Shown here: in pieces, positions 42,501 through 52,000 of the stretch | Numbering within the stretch: the stretch's first letter is position 1 | Layout of the letters: every line of letters begins with the position of its first letter | Origin: an uncultured delta proteobacterium | GTDB lineage: Bacteria; Desulfobacterota; Zymogenia; Zymogenales; Zymogenaceae | Reading direction: 5' to 3' | Assembly (NCBI GenBank): GCA_963792965.1 | Contig: CAWBYW010000010.1 | Coordinates: 35,949 to 99,948 of the forward strand | Length of the DNA: 64,000 bases | Notes under the pieces: generated by a model | Told to the model about the DNA's origin: nothing | Databases searched by the model: none | The model's input: the letters and a program-made list of their open reading frames with translations, nothing else | Translations under genes and position numbers: made by a program

Positions 42501-42590
42501 TTGGCCGAAAAGGAAAACAACAGCGGCGACGTCACGATGACGATCCTCGAGTATCTGAGAAAAAGGCTCATTCCTGCGTTCCACTTATAG
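42501..42590 (+). pseudogene. tatC: TatC N-terminal remnant
   Basis: LAEKENNSGDVTMTILEYLRKRLIPAFHL* resembles TatC MT..EHL.ELRKRLI; directly after tatB. Confidence 0.6.
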
Positions 42591-42777
42591 CTCGCTGAAT
42601 GCCTTATCTTAAACGCCGTAGAACTCTATAATTACGACATAATTAAAGCATGAAAGGTGCTGAAACATTCTCACCCGGAAGGTGAAAGCCTGAAGGTCGG
42701 TTTTCACGGCAGTTTGCGGTTGCTGTTTTACGGTTCCAAGGTGGCTTGACCATAGTTGAGTGAGTAGAACTGGGTCC

Positions 42778-42831
42778 TTCGAGGACATTGGACTGAATGA
42801 TCCCATGTCAGTGGTTGATATAGGGAATCTC
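42778..42831. repeat. Two-hairpin repeat, copy 2
   Basis: 20-bp core CCCATGTCAGTGGTTGATAT identical to copy 1. Confidence 0.85.
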
Positions 42832-42932
42832 GGTCCACATCTCTGTCTCGAGACCACAAAAAGACGGGCCGATACAACGGGTAGTACCCATCTAAAGAGG
42901 TAACGTAAGAGAGGGACAAAGGGGGGATCCCT

Positions 42933-43238
42933 ATGAGTATGAAACACGCGCTTGGTCTTCTTAACGTCGTTAAGGATTGGAGGCTCTTTGTGGGGATGAT
43001 CAAAGACGAGCGCTATAAGATCCCTCTGTTCAGAAAACTGATCTACGCGGTCCTTATAATCTATATCGTCCTCCCGTTTGACTTTATCCTCAACTTTGTC
43101 CCGTTTGTAGGCATTGTCGACGATTTAGGTACCTTTACCGTGATCCTTGGCGTCACCCTTTATGAGATTTCAAACTACCGTGATTTTAAGGAACAAAGGG
43201 AGCGGGAACGTCATGCGCCTCGGGCGGATACTGATTAG
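42933..43238 (+). CDS. YkvA/DUF1232 family membrane protein
   Basis: Y.V.PFDFI..F.PFVGIVDD motif. Confidence 0.8.
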   Translation: MSMKHALGLLNVVKDWRLFVGMIKDERYKIPLFRKLIYAVLIIYIVLPFDFILNFVPFVGIVDDLGTFTVILGVTLYEISNYRDFKEQRERERHAPRADTD

Positions 43239-43320
43239 CAGGTTGTCTGCCATAAGTTCCTTAGCGTTGTATCTGCCGTAGCTTCTTTGAAACGTCATGA
43301 GCGTCACGCCCCTCGTTTCT

Positions 43321-43360
43321 TGACCTGCCCCCGAAAACGACTCCATGTTCTGAGTTATAG
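43321..43360 (+). mobile_element. Solo IS3-family terminal inverted repeat
   Basis: TGACCTGCCCCCG.. similar to the IS3 end TGACCCGCCCCC at 57091; no transposase. Confidence 0.45.
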
Positions 43361-43422
43361 TTGGAAAGTATTTGGATTTAATAAAGCGCAGGTTAAACAG
43401 TATTTATCAATTTCCTGGATCG

Positions 43423-43602
43423 TTACCATCGAAACGCCTCCGTATACTCCTCCCTGATATCCTCGACGGTGTATTTTAGATAGTGCTCGGTGCTCTTTAT
43501 GGTTGAATGACCCAGGAGCTGTTTTGACTTCGCAAGGTTCTTAGTGCTGTTGAGGAAGTGGGCGGCGAAGAAGTGGCGGGGGGTATGGGGATGGATGTCA
43601 AG
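43423..43602 (-). pseudogene. Tyrosine recombinase C-terminal remnant (not in ORF track)
   Basis: Manual translation LDIHPHTPRHFFAAHFLNSTKNLAKSKQLLGHSTIKSTEHYLKYTVEDIREEYTEAFRW*: HxxRH, LLGH and catalytic Tyr. Confidence 0.85.
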
Positions 43603-43717
43603 GATAAAGGTCTTTCGGTAATTATGAAAAAGGCGCTCCCCGTTTTCTACCTATATGACCTGCGGACTACAAACAAACAGGTCATGACGTACATAGACGA
43701 CATTGCGTGTCTCTATC

Positions 43718-43811
43718 ATTCCCCTAAATTCCCCGGAATCCTCTGGAATTCCGTCGCATTCTTCCGGTTTTACTCGTATTTAAGGACATCGCGTAACATT
43801 CTTTGTAACAA
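43718..43811. promoter_or_regulatory. att arm module type A, second copy
   Basis: ATTCCC-like x5 at 43718/28/38/48/58; CGTAACAT-N4-TGTAACAA 43792-43811. Confidence 0.6.
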
Positions 43812-43814
43812 AAG

Positions 43815-43850
43815 AAACGGGGAGTTGGGACGAATCCCAACTCCCCGTTT
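43815..43850 (-). terminator. Terminator downstream of tRNA-Arg
   Basis: AAACGGGGAGTTGGGA-cgaa-TCCCAACTCCCCGTTT perfect inverted repeat. Confidence 0.8.
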
Positions 43851-43861
43851 TCTTGCTTATT

Positions 43862-43938
43862 TGGTGCGCCCGGGGGCGATTCGGACGTGCGCCCAACGGA
43901 TCCGAAGTCCGTTGCTCTGTCCACTGAGCTATGGGCGC
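43862..43938 (-). tRNA. tRNA-Arg(UCG), atypical or pseudo
   Basis: GCGCCCA acceptor, GCTC/GAGC D-stem, ACGGA-CTTCGGA-TCCGT anticodon arm, CCA end; T-arm aberrant (TCCGAAT, two mismatches, extra C). Confidence 0.8.
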
Positions 43939-44014
43939 ACTGACTTCTTCCCGCGACATCCCATCGGAGTGGTTGCGGGCCCGAAACCGCACACCGGCCC
44001 ACGGGTCCGCAGCA

Positions 44015-45238
44015 CTATTTCTTCGGGGTTTTCATCATCTTCGATTCCTTGAGCATGAGGCTCAGGATCACGCTGATTACCATCATCCCCACGAAGGCCA
44101 GCATGAAGGGCGTCATGGCACCGCTTGCGGTCCGAAAGGCGTCCATCCCGAAGATGAAGATGATCCCCGAGACCTGGCCTGCCAGCACCAGCAAGCCCTG
44201 GGAAGTGGCCTCCGGCGCAGGGTGTGTCATCTCGGCGCTGTACTGATATCCGACGGGTCCACCCGCCATGAAGAAGAAGCCGAACACAAAACTCGAAATC
44301 ATCAGCAGCAGGAAGGAGGTGGCGTACGTGAGGCCGACGAGCCCGGGAATCGTAAGAAGTACCCCGGCGACGATGAAGACCTTCCGCTTCCTGAATATGT
44401 CTGAGAGGATCGAAAAGACGACAGCCCCGGCGATGCACCCCCCCAGTATGATCGCCCCGGCGTACCCCGCCTGCTCTATGTTAAATCCCCTGGGAGCCAG
44501 GATCTGCTCGATCCAGGTGGTCACGCCGTTGAACATCCCCAGCCCGAAGAAGAAAATGAGGATGAGGATGATCATGTCGCGCTGCCTGAAGATATGCTTA
44601 AGGCCCTCGAATACCGTGTGGCGCTCGTCGCTGCCGGCCGGCCCCGGAAGCGTCGGCGGCCTCTCGCGCAAAAAGACGAGTAAGAGGACGGCGCTGACGG
44701 CCGCGACGACCCCGTAGCCCATCAACGTCCGTACCATCCCGAGGTGGAGATAGAGTATCGGGGTGAACGCCATAGCGAGACCGATCCCCACGAGCTGGGC
44801 CAGCACCGAGATGCCCGCCGCCGTTGCCCGCTCCCGGAGAGGAAACCATCGGGCCGCCACCGCGGTCACCGCGTTGAGGGTGAAGGGCTGGGCGATCGCA
44901 AGCCCGAATTGGGCGGCAAAGACCATGGAATAACTGTTGCCGCCAATCCCCCTGAGGAGGCCGAAGACGCCGGTCAGCGCCGCCCCGATGCCGACGCCGA
45001 TGCGAATGCCGTAGGTATCGACGACGTAGGACGCGGGGATGGACATTACGAGGTAGACGATCATAAAGATCATCGAGAGGAGGGCGATAGATAGCTCCGA
45101 GACGCCGTAGAACTTCGCGGCGTCACCGGTGATGGGGGCAAACGTGATCCAGTTTGCCTGCACGATGACGTTGATGATGAAAAAGACGCCGAGCACCACC
45201 CACCGATAGCCGTAGACCTTGAATGCTTTTTCTGGCAT
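44015..45238 (-). CDS. MFS transporter (FLVCR/SLC49-like)
   Basis: FKVY.YRWVVL, WITFAPI, WFP.RERATA.G; about 12 TM segments. Confidence 0.88.
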   Translation of the reverse strand: MPEKAFKVYGYRWVVLGVFFIINVIVQANWITFAPITGDAAKFYGVSELSIALLSMIFMIVYLVMSIPASYVVDTYGIRIGVGIGAALTGVFGLLRGIGGNSYSMVFAAQFGLAIAQPFTLNAVTAVAARWFPLRERATAAGISVLAQLVGIGLAMAFTPILYLHLGMVRTLMGYGVVAAVSAVLLLVFLRERPPTLPGPAGSDERHTVFEGLKHIFRQRDMIILILIFFFGLGMFNGVTTWIEQILAPRGFNIEQAGYAGAIILGGCIAGAVVFSILSDIFRKRKVFIVAGVLLTIPGLVGLTYATSFLLLMISSFVFGFFFMAGGPVGYQYSAEMTHPAPEATSQGLLVLAGQVSGIIFIFGMDAFRTASGAMTPFMLAFVGMMVISVILSLMLKESKMMKTPKK

Positions 45239-45374
45239 GATTCTACTCCCCACAATGGTGTGAAATTGTTTCGGAGAAAATATCTAAACGGCATGATAAG
45301 AGAGAAGGTCGGCACGCGCAAGAGAAAAATCGGTGATTCATCCTCATGCCGTTTTATCATAGAATAAGCACGAC

Positions 45375-45526
45375 TCCGGGGCGCCGGCGGGGCGATGTGC
45401 CTCACTTTCCGCGTCGAATCCTGAATAGGTCGGAGCGTAACCCGAAATATCCAGCATACAAATGACGACACGCTATCACAAAGGAATCTGTTTGTTAAGA
45501 AATAAAAACTCTCCGGCTTGACGGTG
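45375..45526. repeat. ~160-bp dispersed repeat, copy 2
   Basis: Aligns to 38029-38187 with a few small gaps. Confidence 0.9.
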
Positions 45527-45636
45527 GCCGCGTGACACGGGGTAATTCGGGCGCCGTCCAGGGCCCGATCGTCCGGGCGCCCGAACGCGGACGGAAGATA
45601 TTGAAGGATCTTGACGGTATCGTGAAATGGGGGCCG

Positions 45637-45670
45637 AAAAAAAGGAAGGTTAGCACGGCTGCTAACCTTA
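45637..45670 (-). terminator. Probable original terminator of tRNA-Leu, now displaced
   Basis: Minus strand AAGGTTAGCA-GCCG-TGCTAACCTT-CC-TTTTTTT just past the displaced tRNA 3' end. Confidence 0.75.
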
Positions 45671-45688
45671 CGGGATGGTAGACAAATC

Positions 45689-45754
45689 TGGTGCCGGAGG
45701 TCGGAATCGAACCGACACGACCCGAGGGTCGGGGGATTTTGAGTCCCCTGCGTC
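45689..45754 (-). repeat. att site: displaced 3' portion of tRNA-Leu(CAA)
   Basis: Matches 57505-57571 except two T-stem substitutions and a 1-nt variable-arm indel; includes CCA. Confidence 0.95.
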
Positions 45755-45896
45755 AGGTATGGTAGAGCCGGGTAACTATTGACTAATTTCAATGATATCA
45801 GATAGTTAGGTTAAATTTGGCTATACCGGAATATACCGGATTATACCTGAATATACCGGTTTTCTGCGGAAAAAGTGACACAAAAGTGACACCAAA
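45755..45896. promoter_or_regulatory. att arm module type B, copy 2
   Basis: TATCAGATAGTTA 45796-45808; TATACC at 45822/32/42/52; GTGACACAAAA-GTGACACCAAA 45875-45896. Confidence 0.75.
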
Positions 45897-46032
45897 TCTC
45901 TCCCTGAGACTTCATAAACTGAAGGGAAATTGAACCGTCGGTCCCATGATTGTCAGTCATTTTAGTGGGGCCAACCCATTGAAATACATGGGAAAACAGC
46001 CTGACCCTATATCTCACATAACCGAATGTCCC

Positions 46033-49000
46033 TTATTCGACAGGACTTCTCAATCGAGTCTTCTTAACCTTGCCCGCTTGCAGCGGTTGGCCCATACGGA
46101 TAACGACCCGATGCTTGACCAGATCCCTATCCAGGGTAATCAAACCGTCCGTGACACGTTTCCCGTCCATCTCTACCCAGATCACGCCTCGCTCGGAGTG
46201 TTCGGGATTTTCGATCTCGATCTCGTAGAGCGCTTCGCCGTGGCGGTAGCTCATTTGGAAACCATCCCACCAGCCGGGGATGACCGGATCGAGCCGCATG
46301 GTTTCTCCGCGTACTTTTAGACCCAGAATTTCTTCCACCCAGGCGCGGTACATCCACGCCGCCGAACCCGTGTACCAGGACCAGCCGCCATGGCCGATCC
46401 ACCCAGGCAAACGGTAGACGTCGGCAGCAACCACATAGGGTTCGACCCCATAGCGCCAGACCGATTCAGGGTCGCGAGCGTGCTCGATCGGATTGAGCAT
46501 GCGCAGCATTTTCACCGCACGTGTGCCGTCCCCACTGCGCGCCATGGCCATGGCCAGCCAGAGTGCCGCGTGGGTGTACTGGCCGCCGTTCTCCCGCACT
46601 CCCGGCGGGTAGCCCTTGATGTATCCGGGTGAAGGCTCCGACTTATCAAAAGGAGGCTCAAAGAGCAGGACCAGCCCCTCTTCCTCGCGAACGAGATGGC
46701 TCCACGCCGATTCGAGAGCCTTCTCGGCGCGCTCCGGATCGGCGGCACCGCTGATCCAGGCCCAGGATTGCGGCAGCGAATCAATCCGCGCTTCCATATT
46801 CACTGAGGAACCCAGTTGCGTACCATCGTCAAAGGTCGCGCGAAGATACCATTCTCCATCCCAGGCGAACCCTTCAACGCGCTGGATCAGCGTTTTTCTG
46901 TCCTGACGATAGGTCCGGCTCAGATCGGGTCGGCCCAGCAGGTCGGACATCTCGGCCATCCCATTAAGCACATCCGCCATGAACCACGCCAGCCAAACGC
47001 TCTCGCCCTTACCCCCGGCGCCCACCAGGTTCATCCCGTCGTTCCAATCCCCGGTCCCCATCAGGGGCAATCCATGGGCTCCAAATTTCTGGCTGCGCGT
47101 GACCGCGCGCTGGCAGTGCTCAAAGAGCGTGGCGCGATTCCGTGGAGACCCCCGGCGATTGAAAGCTCTCGTGCTGATCGTCTCTTGAGCGTGGGCGCAT
47201 CGAGGAAGGGGACCATTTCGCGCAGGATGTCCACATCCGCGGTGATCCTGAGTATTGCGCGACGACGAAGGGCAGCCACAAGAGATCATCGGAAATCCGC
47301 GTGCGGATTCCCGCGCCGCCCGGCGGATGCCACCAGTGCTGGACATCGCCCTCCTTGAACTGACGACTTGCCGCAAGCAGGATGTGTTCGCGCGCCAAGT
47401 GCGGGATGCGCGTAAAGCAGCGCCATCACGTCCTGCAATTGATCGCGGAAACCGAATGCGCCGCCGGACTGGTAAAAGCCGGAACGCCCCCAGATCCGGC
47501 AGCCAGGTTTTGATAGGGCAGCCAGCGGTTGATCAGGAAATCCGCGGCAAGTTCGGGGGTATGCACCTGGATCGTGCCGAGCCGGCTGTCCCACCACGCT
47601 TGGGTTTGCCGGAGCGCGGCTTCCACCGCCTGCTCGTCGCGGTAGGCCAGCACCAGGGCATGGGCCTGCTTCAGCGACTGGGCCTGGCCGAGCATGCAGG
47701 TGATTTCAGCGCGCTCGCCAGGAGCCAGTTCTGAGGGTGACCTGCAACGCGGCGCAGGGGTCCAGGCCCGCTCCCGTCCGGCGTGAAAGCCCGGTGCGCT
47801 CCATCGCCGCCGGGTTGCCCATCGAGCGGTTGCGCCCCAGGAAGGCGGTGCGGTCTCCGGTGTACGATTCTCCGTGGGCGCGCTTAACGGCCGCGAAGGC
47901 CACTCGATCCGCATAATCGGGATGGTAGTAATTGCGGGCGAATCATGGCCTGGACTTCGTCATCCCAGTCGGTCACGACGTGCATCTGGGAAGATTCACG
48001 AGACTCGCCCAGCGTCCACTCCACATAATAGGTCAGCGACAGCTTGCGCGGCCGGGCGGAGTCGTTGTCGCAGGATCAGCCGTTGCAGCTTGATCGGCTC
48101 GCCCCCTTGATCATCCACGGGAACGAAGACCGTCAACTCCTGCTCGATGCCATGGCTGTTATGCTCGAAGACCGTGTAGCCCGCCCCATGCCTGGCCCGG
48201 TAAGCGGTTCTCCTCGCGGATCGGGGATGCGGTCGGCGTCCAATAGATCCCGGTTTCCTCATCCCGGATATAGATCGCTTCCGACAGGCAGGATCCATCA
48301 CCGGGTCGTTCGACCATTGCGTCAGGCGATTGCGCTGGCTGTTGCCCTGCCAGGTGAAACCGGCCCCGGTTTCGCTGACGAGCGTGCCGAAGGCGGGGTT
48401 GGCGATGACATTGACCCAGGGCGCGGGCGTGTGGATATCCGGCCCGAGATAGATGGCGTATTCGCGGCCATCCGGAGTAAACCCGCCCAGGCTGTTGAAG
48501 TAGGCAAGCTCCATGAAGGGGAGCGCCGCCGAAGGATCCCGGGGATCCCGTTTCCTGGCGATGGGCTCGGGCAAATCGGGAGCTTCCAGCGGCACGCCCA
48601 ATTGCTGGGGCAAGCGCGCCGCGGGCCGCCACCATCACGACACTCGCCACGGCCCGCAAGAGCGTCAGGTCTTCCGCCGGGATCAGATCCGCGCTGCGCA
48701 AATAGATTCCCCCGGGCCGGTCCACCCCCGTGTTGGCCGAATGGGATTGGATCAGGTGTTCGAGTTGCTCACGCAGCGGCTGCTCATAGCCGCTGGCCTC
48801 CTCGTTCAGGATCACCAGGTCGGCCATGAGCCCGTGCATGCGCCAGTAGGTATGCGCCTGGAGCATTTGACGGACCAGGCTGAGATCCTGCATCTCGCCG
48901 ATGGCGACCAGGGCAATCGGCAAGTCACCCGAGATGGCATAGGCCCACAAGCCGGCCTGCCCTTTGCGGTTTTCCGTGATGCGTTCTGCGGCGGGACGCA

Positions 49001-52000
49001 GCAGGGGATTGGGATACAGCAGATGGCTGGCCAGTTGCTGGAAGCGGCGCGCTTCGTCGGGCTGGATGCGCAGCAGGCGCAACTCAAGCTGGGCCGAGGC
49101 CCAGGCGAAATCCATCGCCCGATCGATCGCACGGGGATCGCCATACTTATTCATCAGACTCAGGACCTGTTCGCGTGATTTCGCCGGCGGCCAGAACCAG
49201 GGAAACCTGAACCCGCTGGCCGGGAGCCAGAGTGAGACTCTGGCGCAGGCTGAGGATCGGGTCCAGGACAAATCCCTGGCTGTTGCCGGGTTCCTGCAAG
49301 GCGCCCATCGGGCTGGCGAGCGTTCGTCCGCGGCCGATGAAGCGGCGCCGGTCGGTCTCAAAGCGCAACGCTTCACCCTCGGTCTGCTCAAGCGTAAAGC
49401 GGTGGGCGACATAGATGGGCGGTTCGCTGCTGCTGCGAGGCCGGCGGTAGGCCAGGAGCGCTCGCTGCTCGGGCAGCGCCTCGGTCTGGATGAACAGCTT
49501 GTTGAACGCCGGATGCTGACGATCCGCATTGTGCGGCGCCAGCGACGAGTTCAACGTAACTCGTCAGATCGAGCCGGCGGGTGCGCAGCGAACGATTGAT
49601 CAGCGTCATCCGCCGAATCTCAACGTCATCTTCCGGCGTGACGATGATCTCGGTTTCACTCTCGATCCCATGATCAACGCGCCGGAACACGGCGCGGTCG
49701 AGCGTGAAGTTGGCAAGATATTCCTCAACCTTGCCGCCGGTCGGCTGATAGGTGTTGCACCACAGCCGGTCCGAATCGAGCATCGCGGATATAGCAGAAG
49801 GTTCCCCACGAATCCCTGGTCCGATCCGATCGCCAGCGCGTGATCTCGAAGTCGCCCCAGCGGCTGTAGCCACCGCCGGCGTTCGTCAGCATGAGGCCGT
49901 AGCGTCCATTGCTCAGCAGTTGGGTCTTGGGCGTGGTGGTATGGGGCGTTTCGAATTGGCTGACCGAAGGCGCGACTTCGCCGACGCTCGCCACCGAAGA
50001 GACTCGCTCGCGCGTGGAAATGTGGTGCAGCGGCGGAAGGTTCGGGATGCGCTCATGAAGCAAGGGCTCCACCGCGCGCACGCGCGGGTCGGCGTGGAAG
50101 TGGCGCTGGAGGGTATTGTCATGGAGGAAATTGGCCAGCGCCAGAGAAACTCATTGCCTGGTGATGCGCCATGTAGGCTCGCACGATCACCCCGCGTTCG
50201 CCCGTCGCGGCTGGATTGCCGGCTGTAGTCCAGCGCTTCGTAATAGCCGTAATCACTCAGCAGCCCCAAAGCGGCCAGTCGTTTAAGGTTCTGCACTGCT
50301 TCCTGCGGCGCGATACTCACCGCCAGCAGGGTGGCATAGGGCGCGACGACGATCTTGTCGGCCAGGCCGCGCTTGAGTCCGAGTTCCGGCACGCCAAACG
50401 CATGGTACTGATAGGTCTTTTGGAGGTCCAGATCCCCGAAGGCGCACTCCGAGATCCCCCACGGCACCCGGTGCTTGCGGCCGTAAGCGATCTGGATCGC
50501 CACGGCTTCCCGGGTGGATTTGTCCAGCAGCGAGTTGCTGTAAGATCGCTGAAAAAGCAGCGGCATCAGATATTCGAACATCGTCCCGGTCCAACTCAGC
50601 AGCACCCGGCGCCGACCGATGGCGCCGTAAGGCCGGCTCATGGCAAACCAATGCTCAACGGGAATGTCCCCCCGGGCAATTGCGACGAAACTTCCCAGTC
50701 GCGCTTCGCTCGCCAGCAGATCGTAAAAGGCGCGGTCCAGCCGTCCTTCAGAAACATTAAAACCGATCGAAAATATCCGGCGTTCGGCGTTATAGAGGAA
50801 GCGCATGTTGATCGACTCGGAGAGTTCGCGTCCCGACCGCAGTGAGACGCTCGGCCGAAGCCAGCATTTCACCGGCCAGCCATTTCGATCTTTCGAAGGC
50901 CTTCAGAACGCGGTCGATCCAGCCCAAGAGGGCGTACTCATTCCGGCGCTTTCTCTCGGATTGCCTGGAGGGACGCGATGCAGGCGATGTTTCCGTGGGC
51001 AAGATCCAGAAGCGATGGCGCGTGGTGAAGGGCCTGGCGAAAAGCCGGCAGGGCGTCCGGGTCAAGCCCGGCGATATCATCCTCCGTCTTCTCGCCAGGA
51101 TTTCGATCCAGCCAAGGTAACGATCCGTAATCATAAGCCAGGCTCCAAACTGGTTCTGCATCTGCCCTGGCCCAATACTTCACATTCCCCGGCGAAACGT
51201 CGGATCCGCGCACCTTTTCGGCCAATTCCCTGACACTATGTTCCGTCCGCCGCGAGCAGGAGCAATGCGTCCGCGGCACGGTCGGGCGGGGATTCCCACA
51301 CGCGCAGCAGTTCGTCCAGGGCACGGGTATCGACACCGGAATACTGTCTTCTTCGGCGGCCTGTTGCAGGACTTCTGCCGGTATCCCGCAGTCCCGCAAA
51401 GGCCTTTCATGTCCAACAGTGGAGCATTGTATCAGCGCCTCCAGCCCTCGGTCCAGCGTCCACAGGGCGCCCAGCAGATTCCCGCTATCCACGGTGGAAA
51501 CGTAGCGCGGTTTGAGCGGAGCCAGGGTCTGAATATCGTACCAATTGAGCAGATGGCCCTCATGGCGCTCCAGTTTACCAATCGTTTCCATCGTCCGCGT
51601 CAGCTTATGCGCGACCTCATCCACGGTTAAATATCCGAAATCGTGGGCGCCGAGCACGCTGACCATATAGAGGCCGATATTGGTCGGGCTGGTCCGCAGG
51701 GCCAGTTGATTCTGATAGGAGACCTGGTAATTGTCGGGCGGCAGCCAGGAGGTCTTTTCGGTCACAAAGTCCGAGAAATAGCGCCAGGTTCGCCGGGCGA
51801 CATTCCTCAGGAATTGCCGATCCTTCGCTGGAAGCAGGAATTGCGGCTGCTTCGCCAGCGGTCGCCGGCTCAGGAGCCAGCCGATCATCGGGGACAGGAA
51901 CCAGAGCATCAGCCAGGGGCCGGCCACCCAGAGGTTTGCCGGCCGCCAGTGCTGCACCGCCCATCCGACGATCACGCTGAACAGGCTCGCCAGGCCCATC

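Larger units (their letters stand above)
38196..43916. mobile_element. Decayed genomic island at tRNA-Arg(UCG), about 5.7 kb
   Basis: 46-bp exact direct repeat 38196-38241 = 43871-43916 (tRNA 3' portion); recombinase remnant; end module; more AT-rich cargo. Confidence 0.85.

Noticed and set aside
39226-42831. Two-hairpin repeat as a canonical integron attC
   Set aside because: No complementary RYYYAAC/GTTRRRY ends in both copies, and no recognisable IntI gene in the window
43558-44052. 164-aa ORF on the plus strand
   Set aside because: Runs antisense across tRNA-Arg, its terminator and the arm module; no protein motifs
45070-45792. 240-aa minus-strand ORF, and similarly 57389-57730
   Set aside because: They read through tRNA-Leu sequence; only the last codons of the latter are a real recombinase remnant
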